A stretch of DNA of 63,432 nt, counting the filler, from Chiloscyllium plagiosum (taxonomy: Eukaryota): assembly GCF_004010195.1 (NCBI RefSeq). It is 3 parts of one record of this genome, joined end to end, with 100 filler letters (N's around TTAATTAATTAA, not from the genome) between each part and the next. Parts side by side here need not be neighbours in the genome. Positions count along the whole stretch, not along the records: positions 1 to 29,109 come from NC_057711.1; positions 29,210 to 57,467 come from NC_057711.1; 1 more part is not named here. One strand, written 5' to 3'. Positions 24,506 through 37,199 of this stretch are shown in pieces. The notes beneath the pieces are model-generated. The model searched no databases, was not told where the DNA came from, and was given only the letters and a program-made list of their open reading frames with translations. Both the position numbers and the translations under genes were made by a program. Every line of letters starts with the position of its first letter. Within the stretch, counting starts at the first letter, position 1.

Positions 24506-25540
24506 GAGAAGGTGATGGCTTAGTGGTATTACCGCTAAACTATTAATCCAGAAAGTAACATCACATTCTGGGAAGCTGGCAGAGAGGGGAATTTGAATTA
24601 AATAAACATTTGAAATTAAGAGTCCAATGATGACCATGAAACTAGTTTCAATTGTTGGAAAAACCCATCTGGTTCATTAATGGCCTTTAAGGAAAGAAAT
24701 CTACTGCCACTACTGGTCTGGTCTTCATGCCCACAGCTATATGGTTGGTTTGCAATTACTCTCTGAAATGGTCTAGCAAGCCACTCAGTTGTAACAATCA
24801 TCTATAAGGTCTCAAATAAAAATGAAACCAGACAGACCACATGACATCGACCTAGGCAGTGGAAATGACAATGGCAGAAACAGCCCTGTCACTCCTGCAA
24901 AGTCGGCCTTCCTATCATCTGATGGCTAGTGCAAAGTTGGGAGAGCTGTCTCACAGACTAGTCATGCACCAATCTGATATAGTCATACTCACGGAATCAT
25001 ACCTGACAGAAATGTACCAGAAATCATTATCAACATTCCTGGATAGATCCTGCCCCACTGGCAGATCAGATCCAGCAGAGGTGGCAGTGCAGGGATGTAC
25101 AGTCAGACAGAAATTGATCTGGGAGTCCGCAACATAGACTGCAGAATCCATAAGATCTCTTAGCTCCAGGACAAACATGGATAAGGAAACCTCCTGCTGA
25201 ATACTTCCCTTAGCTAATGATTCATTACTCCTTCATGCTGAACAACACTTGGAAGAAGCACTGAGGATGCCAAGGACGCAAAATGTACTCTGGGTGGGGG
25301 ATTTCAATGTCCACTATATGAGTGGCTCGGCAGGAGCACTATTGATTGAGCTGGTTGGATCCCAAAGGACGTAGTTGCTGGACTGGGTCTGCAGCAGGTG
25401 GTGAGGGAACCAAAAAGAGGGAAAAAAAGAACTTGACTTCATCTTTATCATTCTGCATCGTTCCATGAGGATATCAGTAAGAGTGACCACTGCACTACCT
25501 TTGTGGAGATGGCATCCCTCCTTTTGTTAACATTGTGTTG
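24506..25540 (+). mobile_element. 5' part of a LINE: tRNA-like head followed by an APE endonuclease remnant
   Basis: A-box-like TGGCTTAGTGG at about 24516, then KLGELSHRLVMHQSDIVILTESYL, VLWVGDFNVH (about 25285-25313), GLQQVVREP.RG..LD and SDH (about 25481). Confidence 0.82.
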
Positions 25541-25756
25541 TGTGAAAATAGTCAAGAAGATTAATGGAATACTGCCCTTCATGTCTAAAAGGCTAAAGTA
25601 TAAAGGTGCAGACATTATGCTGCAGTTATATAAAATACTAGCTAGAGACAATAAATGTTGACCAGTAACTTCCATATTCCACAAGTGAATCAAAAAAAAT
25701 TAGGGTCTGAAATTGAACAAACTCCTTTAGCTAGCTGTTGTGATATAGACTGTGTG

Positions 25757-25780
25757 ATATATATATATATATATATATAT
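25757..25780. repeat. (AT)n microsatellite
   Basis: Direct observation. Confidence 0.95.
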
Positions 25781-26211
25781 TCTTAAATTCATTTATTACA
25801 CATCTGTATACTTGGTTTTTGAGTAAGTAACATATGGACTTTCTGTGTGTCTGCCATTAATAATTAACTCTGTGGCCATGGTGATTTATTTTAAAATGGA
25901 TCTGAGACTTAGGATTAGAACTAATGCAGTTTTATGTATATTACTACAGTTTTATGACAGAACAAGATAACAAGCTCTAGTTCAGAAGATCAGGAGAGTT
26001 TTTTTTTCAGTATGTGGGAAACACCTATAGATTATAAGTATTTAAAAAAATACTTTGAGTTTGGAGCAATCCTGTGACATTCTTGGCTCCTGACCAAGAA
26101 TGTATAGACCAATGCTCCTGAGGAGGGAAGGTAATGGTGAAACATGATTACTTTAAGGTGAAGAGTTAATGACCAGCGCCAAACTAGAAGTATTTAGATA
26201 AAACCCTAAAG

Positions 26212-26766
26212 AGGTTAGACCACTGTTGGAATGCAATTCTGGTCTCCTTCCTATCGGAAAGATGTTGTGACACTTGAACGGGTTCAGAAAAGATTTACAA
26301 GGATGTTGCTAGGGTTGGAGGATCTGAGCTATAGGGAGCAGATGAACAGGCTGGGGCTGTTTTCCCTGGAGCGTCGGGGGGTGAGGGGTGACCTTATAGA
26401 GGTTTACAAAATTATGAGGGACATATATAGGATAAATAGACAAAGCCTTTTCCCTGGGGTTGGGGAGTCTAGAATTAGAGGGCATAGGTTTAGGGTGAGA
26501 GGGAAAAGATATAAAAGAGATCTAAGGGGCAACATTTTCACGCAGAGGGTGGTGCGTCTGTGGAATGAGCTGCCAGAGGAAGTGGTGGAGGCTGGTACAA
26601 TTGCAACAATTGCAATGGGTATATGAATAGGAAGGGTTTGGAGAGATATGGGCCGGGTGCTGGAGGTGGGACTGGATTGGGTTGGGATATCTGGTCGGTG
26701 TGGATGGTTTGGACCAAAGGGTCTGTTTCCGTGCTGTACATCTTTATGACTCTATGACTCTATGAC
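26212..26766 (+). mobile_element. CR1 3' fragment
   Basis: ORF 26231-26626 QFWSPSYRKDV...WNELPEEVVEAG and a (TATGACTC)n tail. Confidence 0.95.
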
Positions 26767-27229
26767 GTTACTTAAAGTTGACTGTATTTAAGCTTAGATG
26801 TATAATAGCTGCAGGAAGATGATATCTTCAGTTCTAGTCACCACTGATTTAAATCTATCGAGGTGTTAAAGACAGGGATTCAAGTTTAAGTGCTTCATAA
26901 TTAGCATTTTGGGATGCTATACAAGATGTATTTTACAGTAATGTAACAAGGGTATGTTTTAGCTACTACTTATTGCAAAGTTATAGGGGAGTGCTTTGGA
27001 GGAATGATGGACATATGGTTTTACTGTGTAGTTAGAAATCTTTGAATTCATATTATAAGTAAATAATTGGTTAATTTGGTTTTATTATTGAAGTGAAATC
27101 TGCAGCATTGTATGCTCATGTTTCAGCGAGACACCATTTTGTTAGAAGCAAAACAAATCAAAATATGATCTATCAAGCCAGGTTTCAGTCTGGGATCTGA
27201 CGTATCCTGGAATAATTTGTGTGAGTATC

Positions 27230-27310
27230 ACATTTTATTATCTTTCACTTTTTATTATCTTCCCTCATTTTATTATCTTTCACTTTTTATTATCTTCACT
27301 CATTTTATTA
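27230..27310. repeat. About 16-18 bp minisatellite (TTTTATTATCTTYCAC)
   Basis: Five imperfect tandem units. Confidence 0.85.
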
Positions 27311-27625
27311 GCTCGTAACTCACTCTTTCTTTTAGCCGGGAAATCCTGGTTGAATTTGCTACTTTTAAACCATAAATATATTTGGGCTGAGATAAAGTAT
27401 CGATGAGGCAATGGATCCATTTCAAATTTACCTTGTTTCAACCAAGTGAGGGAGGGATTGCTATAGAAGGGAAGCCATTGGACCATCTTGGGGTATTCCC
27501 ATATGGAATTGTAATGATTTGGAGACCTTCACTGAGGGACCAGTCATAGCATCATAAAAATGCAGAGTCTAAGGAGAAAAGCTGGGGTGAAGCTGAAACA
27601 GTCCAATCATGAAGGGCTGGAGGCT

Positions 27626-29109
27626 TAGAACATATAGAACATAGAACAATACAGCACAGAACAGGCCCTTCGGCCCACGATGTTGTGCCGAACTTCTAAC
27701 CTAGATTAAGTACCCATCCATGTACCTATCCAAATGCCGCTTAAAGGTCGCCAATGATTCCGACTCTACCACTCCCACGGGCAGCGCATTCCATGCCCCC
27801 ACCACTCTCTGGGTAAAGAACCCACCCCTGACATCTCCCCTATACCTTCCACCCTTCACCTTAAATTTATGTCCCCTTGTAACACTCTGTTGTACCCGGG
27901 GAAAAAGTTTCTGACTGTCTACTCTATCTATTCCTCTGATCATCTTATAAACCCCTATCAAGTCACCCCTCATCCTTCGCCGTTCCAACGAGAAAAGGCC
28001 GAGAACTCTCAACCTATCCTCGTACGACTTCCTCTCCATTCCAGGCAACATCCTGGTAAATCTTCTCTGCACCCTCTCCAAAGCTTCCACATCTTTCCTA
28101 AAGTGAGGCGACCAGAACTCCACACAGTACTCCAAATGTGGCCTAACCAAAATTCTGTTGAGTTGCAACATCACTTCATGACTCTTGAATTCAATCCCTC
28201 GGCTAATGAACGCTAATACACCATAGGCCTTCTGACAAGCTCTATCCACCTGAGTGGCAACTTTCAAAGACCTATGAACATAGACCCCAAGATCCCTCTG
28301 CCCCTCCACCTTACTAAGAACCCTACCATTAACCCTGTATTCCGCATTCTTATTTGTCCTTCCAAAATGGACAACCTCACACTTGGCAGGGTTGAACTCC
28401 ATCTGCCACTCCTCAGCCCAGCTCTGCATCATATCTAAGTCCCTTTCCAGCCCTCCTCACTATCCACAACTCCACCAATCTTCGTATCACCTGCAAATTT
28501 ACTGACCCACCCTTCGACTCCCTCATCTAAGTCATTAATAAAAATTACAAACAGCAGAGGACCCAGAACTGATCCCTGCGGAACTCCACTTGTAACTGGG
28601 CTCCAGGCTGAATATTTACCATCTACCACCACTCTCTGCCTACGACCGGTTAGCCAGTTTTCTATCCAATTGGCCAAATTTCCCTCTATCACATGCCTCT
28701 TGACTTTCCGCATAAGCCTACCATGGGGAACCTTATCAAATGCCTTACTAAAATCCATGTACACTACATCCACTGCTCTACCCTCATCCACATGCTTGGT
28801 CACCTCCTCGAAGAATTCAATAAGACTTGTAAGGCAAGACCTACCCTCCACAAATCCGTGCTGGCTGTCCCTAATCAAGCAGTATCTTTCCAGATACTCA
28901 TAAATCCTATCCCTCAGTACCCTTTCCATTACTTTACCTGCCACCAAAGTAAGACTAACTGGCCTGTAATTCCCGAGGTTATCCCTATTCCCTTTTTTGA
29001 ACAGAGGCACAACATTCGCTACTCTCCAGTCCCCTGGTACCACCCCCGCTGACAGTGAGGACGAAAAGATCATTGCCAACGGCTCTGCAATTTCCTCTCT
29101 TGTTTCCCA
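27626..29109 (-). mobile_element. Young CR1 LINE, RT domain to 3' end, one frameshift; (TATGTTC)n tail
   Basis: ORFs 28435-29079 ([39 protein letters not shown]) and 27701-28432. Confidence 0.97.
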
Positions 29110-29209
29110 NNNNNNNNNNNNNNNNNNNNNNNNNNNNNNNNNNNNNNNNNNNNTTAATTAATTAANNNNNNNNNNNNNNNNNNNNNNNNNNNNNNNNNNN
29201 NNNNNNNNN
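29110..29209. other. 100-bp scaffold join: 44 N + TTAATTAATTAA + 44 N (artificial linker)
   Basis: Identical construct at 57468-57567. Confidence 0.95.
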
Positions 29210-29387
29210 TGACCTATTGTACTCTATGCTACTCTCTCCCCACCCCCACCCTCCTCTAGCTTATCTCTCCATGCTTCAGGCTCTCTGCCTTTATTCCTGA
29301 TGAAGGGCTTTTGCCCGAAACGTCGATTTTGCCTGTCCTCGGATGCTGCCTGAATTGCTGTGCTCTTCCAGCACCACTAATCCAGAA
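29210..29387 (+). mobile_element. PLE 3' terminal region
   Basis: Near-identical to 57830-58005. Confidence 0.9.
29293..29328 (+). ncRNA. Minimal type I hammerhead ribozyme motif (family B), core intact
   Basis: ATTC-CTGATGA-A-GGGC(tttt)GCCC-GAAA-C-GTC^GATT, with palindromic ACGT stem III and a GUC cleavage triplet. Confidence 0.8.
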
Positions 29388-29513
29388 GGGGTAAAATCTG
29401 TCTTACTTAGATCAATAGGTCATTGTCAGCAATTTTCGTCATGGCCAGCTAATACTTTGCCACTAGTCTCAATATCTAGGCTAATAAACCAAAAATCAAC
29501 ATGCTTGATTAAC

Positions 29514-29780
29514 TTAGATTCCCTACAGTATAGAAACAGGCCCTTCAGCCCAACAAGTCCATACCGATCCTCCAAAGAGTAACCCACCCAGACTCATTCC
29601 CCTACCCTCACACTCTGGGCAATTTAGCATGGCCAATTCACCTGACCTGCACATCTTTTGGATTATGGGAGAGAACCCACGCAGATACAGGGAGAATGTA
29701 CGAACTCCATACAGGCAGTCATCTGAGGTGGGAATCAAACCCGGGCCGCTGGTGCTGTGAGGTAGCCACCATGACACCCC
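29514..29780 (-). mobile_element. HE1-type SINE
   Basis: Reverse complement matches 50804-51100. Confidence 0.9.
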
Positions 29781-29959
29781 AATTTGCTTCATTGTTTTTG
29801 CAAAAATATGTATTTTCACTGGTTTGTATCTAACAGACATTGCACTTTGATTTTTCAACTGAGTCATATTGATTTTAACAAATATTGAAAAATCAAAAAC
29901 CTTATTTTTCAAGAGAATTGCAAGAACTTCACATGGGAACAGAAAAGAAAATCAAAGAA

Positions 29960-30450
29960 GGGACTATGACTTAAGTGGAATGAAAATAATGTCTATGGAA
30001 AATGAAAGTAATCTCAGAGTTGTGACTGACAATAAATTGAAGTCATTACGGCAATGATCAGTGGTAGTGACTAAAGTAAATCAGATGTTCTGCTGCATTA
30101 GGAGGTCAATGAGAGGATATAGAGAGGTAAACCTGCTACTTTATAAATCATTTGTCTGACTGCACAGTGTACAGTTCTGAATCACTACAGTACAAAAAGG
30201 GTATTGCAACATTTGAAAGTATAAAGAAGAGGGTAATGAGAATGATAGAGGGATTGAACTATGAGGAATACTTATCTAAATTGACATGTTCTTACTGAAA
30301 AAGTTTACAGTTGATATGATTACTGCTTTTAGGATTCTAAAGAGATGAAATAATGGAGGCAATGACAGCCTGTTTCACCTCTTCCAGAATAGTATTGCCA
30401 GTAGACATGGCCTGTGCTCGAAGGTAGGTGAATTTAATGCTAATCACCTA
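29960..30450 (+). mobile_element. Ancient CR1-like LINE 3' remnant
   Basis: Degenerate LYKSFV...VQF..., GLNYEEYL.KL pieces. Confidence 0.55.
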
Positions 30451-30879
30451 CAAAATTAGGTGGCACTTCTGAATGCCAACCCTAACATCCTGAACAGTGT
30501 AAACTTGCTCCTTATTTCCTGCTTTGACAATTAATTACAGTGGGTAGGTTTCTGAGCCTGAAAGCCCTGTCAAAGGGGTGATTCCTCCACAGGATGGCCT
30601 GTAGTCACAGCTGTGGCATGGCATTCTCTGCTGTTTGCTGTGAGGGATTAACATAGATGCCTCTGAGGGCACCCCCCCAGCCAACTACTGTAAAGCTGCC
30701 TCCAGACATAGATGAGCCTTGCCCTATTATGGGCCCCATCTGCTGCCAGGAAGATTCTGGTTGCATCCCCAAGCTACCCATAGAAAGGACACAAATAATC
30801 AAATCAACTAACTTCTGCTGTCTGGCAAATAGTACTTGCTGCTTCCATCCAGTCTCATCAAGGAATTCTGTGACAGGTA

Positions 30880-31220
30880 ACTCACCTCCTTGCTCCCAAA
30901 GCTGTTCACCATCTACAAGGCACATTCAGCTGTATGACAGAATACTCTCCAATTGCCTGGACTGGTGCAATTCCAACAACACCTAAGAATACATGATGTT
31001 ATCAATGATAAAGTAACCCATGTGATTGGCACTCCATCAATCAACTTCAGCATTCACTTCCTCCACCACTGATGCATAATGATTGCAATGTATATCTTCT
31101 GCAACTTGCACTGCCACAACTCACCACGGCTGACCTGGAACTTGATCACTATTCTGTAACTCTCACGGTGTCAAAATCTTGGAACTCCCTTCCTAATAGC
31201 ACTGCGGGTGTCCCAACACT
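30880..31220 (+). mobile_element. 3' fragment of the second (tRNA-head) LINE family
   Basis: Aligns by eye with 47420-47860 (CACCATCTACAAGGCA..., CATTCACTTCCTCCACCACTG, TCAAAATCTTGGAACTCCCT). Confidence 0.7.
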
Positions 31221-32842
31221 TCCAATTTCCTACCATGTTGAGGCTTACTGGAAGCATTTTTCAATAGCTCCTTTGCTGCTGTGGCCAAGGTAGGAATTTG
31301 AACTAAATCATTCAATTAAATTGCATTTCGGACTGGATTTGGTAAAGGAATTGAGCTTGCACTAGAAGAATCATTCTGAGGTTGATTTCAACTTAGGTTG
31401 CTCAATTTCCCTCCAACATCCTTCACTTTAAATTTCCACATATTTCAGAGAGCATCTTCAGCATGAGGCACCCTTGTTTATTGGTGACCACTTGTCCCAG
31501 TAAGTCTAAACATTGACAACATTGTTCGCGTCTCTTGCCTTAAGAGCCCTCTTAATCAGGGGTGTAATGCTGCCAGAGAGCTCTCTCGTGCCTCTTTGGA
31601 ACTTTGCACCATCATAGAGGAAGCTTACCTTCATGACAGTTTAAATTCTATGCTTTAAAATGCTCTAGCACTTCCTACTTCGGAACTACATATTTCCCTT
31701 CCAGACTGTTTTAGGGAAGATGCTGTAGTTGGAGAACAGACACCATTGGGCATACGGATTGGAAATTGTTCCAGTGCCAAAGAATCTTTTAAGCAGAGAC
31801 AATTCTGCCCATTATGTCAGTCACTCCACTCTGCACTTTCACGCAACTTGCTGTAGGAATCTGTGTAATCTGTGTTTGAGTGCTAAACTTGTAGGTGTCT
31901 CTTTCGTTGCCTCCACAGAATTTTAAATTATAATAATCAGCAAGTATGATCAAAGCTGTGTACTGAAATCAGATTTTCAAGCAGTCCATTAGCACAACTG
32001 ATGTTTTCAATCATCCACCAAAGCATTCTTCACTCTGTTACCCAACTAACAACCTCAATACAAACTGGAGATAGAACCTGAAACCTTCCTAGTCACTATG
32101 GCACAGTCTTATATTAAGCTTTGAACTTACTGACACATCATTAGGGAAGTTCTTAGTACTAATAGATTATAACAATATTGATGATTCAACTACTCTTAGG
32201 TCTTCTCATAAATATCGTTTGGCACTTTAGCAATGGTGCTCTGTGGTCAGAAAAGTAAAGATTTTAACATATCAAAATCCATCCATCCGTCTCTATATAG
32301 TTTATGACCATATTGGTTTAATTAAAAAGGCTAACATACATTATTGATTTTAGGTTATATCACCAATAAATTCTGTTATTGAATTATGCTATTGTCTGAA
32401 TCCCAATTTCTCGCCACTTAGTACCTCGAGCGCAATAAACAAAACAATTTCCAGCAATTAACTAGCTTTAAGGTAGACAAATTTTAAAGGACATTTGAAT
32501 GGATGATTTATTACGTTGGCACCAGTTTAAGGCACTGAAGGTGCACTGGAGATGCTTTGGTAACGGTTCGGCAGTAACTAAACTGTGAAAGTTTTATGGC
32601 GAATGACTATTGTCCAAGAAACAAATAGTGTATTTTCACATATTTCAATACGAAATAATGGGTAAATGTTTCCCCTCTCTAGTGTGATTTAAGCAATGGT
32701 GAGAAAGTTGGTAAAATGCAGAGAGAACAAAACAAATCATTACCTCGTGTTGAGAAGAAACTTTGCAATTTTTCCCTCAAGCCTTAAATAGCAACTTCAC
32801 AATCTTGCCATTGAGCAGCAATGGTACTTCAATGTACCATTA

Positions 32843-32997
32843 CATCCTTGATTATTTGAACGACATGGGTGGGAGTATTTTGTTCGGATAATCGAATGTT
32901 CAGATAACACAGTTTACTCAAGCATCGGGAGCTTGGGATCTTGTTTGGATAATCCAAAATTCAGATAATCAATGTTCAGATAATCGAGGTTATACTG
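32843..32997. mobile_element. Tigger/pogo-like MITE
   Basis: Right end GATAATCGAGGTTATACTG|TA, partly deleted left end TA|CA..CCTTGATTAT, and internal TTC(A/G)GATAA repeats. Confidence 0.6.
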
Positions 32998-33641
32998 TAT
33001 TTGCATTTTGTTAAAGCCTAAGTCACTTTATTTCTATGACCCTTCCAAATTTCTCCTTTTCTGAGAAACTACAAATCTCAGATTCCCAATTATTAGAGCA
33101 AATTAGTGCAGGTATCTAGTGGCTGCAACTCATCAAGTCCTTGCCCCAACCATCATGCAAATACTTCTCAAAATAACATCTAATGCTCCATCACCATCCT
33201 CCTCAAACTTTAGCCCATGCAAGTAGGCCTTAGTAAACCGTCAGCTTCACCATATCATCAAGCCTGCTTTTAAACCTTGTCATATACCACTTCAGTCTTC
33301 AACACTTCACTTTGGAGCTCAGGAACACTCATGACTTGTGCCAGGACACTTTGCATGTAGGGACACAAACACATCTCATCTACCTGCACAGGATTCATTT
33401 TCTCTTTCTTGGCTTGCTTTCTTAGCACTGACTCACTTTGTGCTTAGATCGAGGCTATCAGCCTCTGCCGATTTCACATTACTTTCTTAGCTCCCACTCA
33501 CTGACTTGTAGACTGCCAGGCCATATGTGCATCACATTGTATTCTTAGCTTGCAGGGGATTTATCACTAAGTTACAGATTGTCACTCGCTGTGGCTTGCA
33601 TTGCTTTATAGCACAGTGGCTTCCTGACAGAATTCTACTCC

Positions 33642-33839
33642 AGGAGAAAGTGAGGACTGCAGATGCTGGAGATCAGAGCTGAAAATGTGTTGCTGGAAAA
33701 GCGCAGCAGGTCAGGCAGCATCCAAGGAACAGGAGAATCGATGTTTCGGGCATGAAGGGCTCATGCCCGAAACGTTGATTCTCCTGCTCCTTGGATGCTG
33801 CCTGACCTGCTGTGCTTTTCCAGCAACACATTTTCAGCT
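33642..33839. mobile_element. Fold-back PLE-derived insert with 14-bp TSD
   Basis: 80-bp inverted arms 33676-33755 / 33761-33840 (4 mismatches). CAGAATTCTACTCC at 33628-33641 and 33840-33853. Confidence 0.92.
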
Positions 33840-34404
33840 CAGAATTCTACTCCTCCAATATAGCCTGAAAGCAACGTTGTACAAAGTTCATTTGGATAAA
33901 GTGACATACCTCAGAGATACTTGTTGACAAATAACAATCACCTTCATGGGAAGACTCCAGGCCTCACTGTGTTAGGACATCACATTCAATGTGATGCATC
34001 TGAGGGCTCAGGATTTCCTTCAATAAAACTGTGCCATCCTTGTTGCATTCCCCCACAGAATATCTGCTCACACATCTCATGTACAGATTGTATGGCTTGA
34101 ATCATTGTGACCTTGGTGTAAGTACCAAGAAAAGGTAGAAGAAGATAATGATTACTACTTAGCTAGCAAAGCAAAGAAAAACAGAGGAAAATTATGAGAC
34201 CTCGCTTCGCATCCCCCTGCCTTGGGGAGAGGTATGTGCAGTGACAGACTTAGAGTGAGCAATGTCTTTATGAATGTGCAGGAGGAAAGAGAAGGTCTTC
34301 GCAGAGAACAGAAGGAAATTGACCTTCTTCCTGCTCTGCTGAGAGCCAGTTTCACCTGGGACTGCTTAATAAGAAGAGAACCCAAGATATTGCGTTTTAC
34401 ATTG

Positions 34405-35438
34405 ACATTGATTGAGGATTAGCTAACTAATAGACTAACTAAGACAGAGAGTTGGAATCTGGGAGATGTTTTCAGGCTGGCAGCCTGTAACTAGTGGTGT
34501 CACAAGGATCAGTACTGGAGCCACAACTGTGTACAATATATATCATTAATTTGGATGAGGAAAGTCAATGTACTATTTATGGATGGCATGAAATTGGGTG
34601 AGAAAGCAAGTGTTGAATATGACACTAACAGTCTGCAGAGGGATATGGAGAAGTTGTGAGTGGGCACAAACTTGGCAGATGGAATATAATGTGAGGAAAT
34701 GTGATTGTGGCATTTTGGCAAGCAATAAAAGAGGTAAATATTATTTAAATGGAGAAAGACAGCAGACAACTACAGAAGGGAGGAATCATATCCAGATTCA
34801 ACAGGTAATAGGGAATGCAAATTGCATGTTCGCCTTTATTTCAAAGGGAAAGTGATATAGATTTTGTTAAAGGTTTTGTACAAGACACTTGTCAGACTGC
34901 AAATGGAATGCTGTGAACACCTTTGGGCCCCTCACCTAAAGAAAGATACACTGACATTGGAGGCAGTCCAGAGAAGGTTCTCCAGATTGATACCAAGAAT
35001 GGAGAGACTGTCTTCTGAGGATTGGCTGAGTATATTGGGCCTGTACTCAATGGCATATAGAAGAATAATTCAAACAGTCAAGATTTTAGCGGGTTTCATG
35101 AGGTAGTTGAAAGACGGTTGTTTTCCCTTGTGAGGGAGTCTAGGGCCAGAACGCTTACTCTCAGAATAGGGGGTCACACATTTAGCACAGAAATGAGGAG
35201 GAATTTCTTCTCTCAATTTTTCTCTGAATCTGTGAAATTGTTTTTGACTGATGGTTATTAAGGTTATGTAATTAAATATATTTACGGCCAACAAGGACGG
35301 ATTTTTAATCAGTTGAGGAGTCAAGAGCTTTGAGCAGAAGGTAGGAAAATGACATTGATGATGATCAGATCAGTGATAATCTCACTGCAGTGTGGAGATG
35401 AATGGGCTACTTCTGCTTATATGTCTAAAGGTCTTATG
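34405..35438 (+). mobile_element. Old CR1 LINE 3' half
   Basis: VTSGVTRISTG (degenerate GVPQGS), WQMEYNV, LYKTLVRLQMECCEHLWAPHLKKD. Confidence 0.88.
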
Positions 35439-37199
35439 ACATGCAGCACTGACCTGGCTACAGTTTGCATCCAGTATGGCTTACTTTGATGGTGTGACCT
35501 CCTGTGGCAGTCTGTGGGATACATCATAGCCATTTTCTCCATGACCTTGTAGACCTGCATTTCCAGATGCCTGCCTGCGAAGTGGGTAGCTGGTCATGTA
35601 CTGACTGTAGTGTGTGTGTGCTTGGTCCTAGCTCACAGCATCTGAAGTGTTGGGCAACTGGGCTTCAAGTATAGGACCCACAGTGTGAATGCCAGAAGGT
35701 TCCAGCAGGGATGATCACTTCTGTCTCTCTAGCTGCTTAATTATCTGAGAAAGGAGCCCCTAAAGTCTGGTTGCATAATTAATGATGGGAAGAACTCAAC
35801 ACTGTTTGAGAAAAGTCACACAGTGTCACAGTGGACTGGGTGCCAGGAATCTCACCCAACTAAGCACTTTAGCTGAAAATGAGAAAAATTCACTGATAAT
35901 GTTCATCAGTAAAGTTATTATGTCTCCAAATCATGAGTAGATTTATTTGCCACAGCAAAACACTACACAGGCATGTTGCCCAGAGATTTCTCCCCTTTCT
36001 TTTCAATAGCTGTAAAGAGTCACATGGGAAATTAATTTGAACCTTTTAAGTCTAATTCTGATTGTATAAGCTCATCACTGTGATTAGAATTGACTTAGCA
36101 CAATGGATTCCTATAAGAATAATGGTCTTTTCTTTCTGATGACTGTAATGGTCACAAATAAAACTAATTTTAGTTATCTCAATCGAATGCACAAGGAAAA
36201 GGTCCATCTCAGGAAATATTAAACTTAAAAGCCACAGGCATAGAGTGTGAAGGAAATGAAAACTTTATTGGATAGCATTTATGCAGTAAAAGGTTTTTTT
36301 TTAAAACTTTCAGACATACTGGCATTGCAACATATTAAAATTCTGATTGCTTTTGATCCAAGCCACAGTACGCTTTGCTATGGTTATGTTATTGAATGAA
36401 AAGTGGAAAATGTTGCACATCCCGAATTTTTCAGTGAAAAATTGTAGGTGTGCCAAAGGATGTAACATAGTTTCAATGAAAAATTTACCTGAAAGTAATT
36501 TCAAATTGAATATTGCTGATAAAAGACACATTTTTTGAAGCTTTCCACAGCCTGACTATGCCCAACCAGCTCATGTTTTCATTACTCTAAGCACAACACT
36601 GAACTTTAGATGTGATGTCGTGATTGGCTAGCTTTTGCAAAATAATCACAAGTGTGCAAAATATTATGCTGATAACAAACTTAAGATTGCCAGTAAGGCT
36701 GTCAGTGAGATGCATCTCTGAGTACAAGAAATACATTAATACACAAGCCCCTGTTCTTTGCAGACAAATGGAAAATATACACACTGCACCTGTTTCAATT
36801 GAACAATAAGAGTGTTAGCCATTCTCTGGTTCATTCTTCAGAGTCATCCCTTGACCAATCCAAGGCGGTCTGCCGTTAAATTTTAAACAAAGCCTGGCAG
36901 TTAACTGTTAGTCATTGCTTAACTGGCATATTCTCCATTGTGATGCTTTCACCAATTAGAGCCCATTTGCCAGGTCAATCATCATGTTTTTCTTATGAAG
37001 TGTAAACATATTATTTCTCTTTCCGTTGGTTTTCTTGACAATGATTGCAATGAGCACAAGGCAAAAAAAAACCTTTGGCACGATATGTCCTTTTTCAGCA
37101 ATGTGCAGGCTCTATACTCTCAAATATTTATTTTCCAATTTATGGTGTAAGATGCTACACTTGGATTGTATAACTTCAGGCGGAGCAGATGAGGGGACA

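Larger units (their letters stand above)
25736..27320 (+). mobile_element. Possible solo LTR interrupted by CR1, (AT)n and a minisatellite
   Basis: TGTTGTGA start and TCGTAAC end. No clear TSD. Confidence 0.4.

Noticed and set aside
27230..27310. CRISPR-like array
   Set aside because: It is a low-complexity tandem repeat without unique spacers, in vertebrate DNA with no cas genes.
27701..29079. 243-aa and 214-aa ORFs as host genes or an active element
   Set aside because: They are CR1 ORF2 pieces with a frameshift and a mutated catalytic motif.
29154..29165. TTAATTAATTAA as a biological palindrome or piggyBac site
   Set aside because: It is centred in a 100-bp N block and repeated identically at 57512, so it is an assembly linker.
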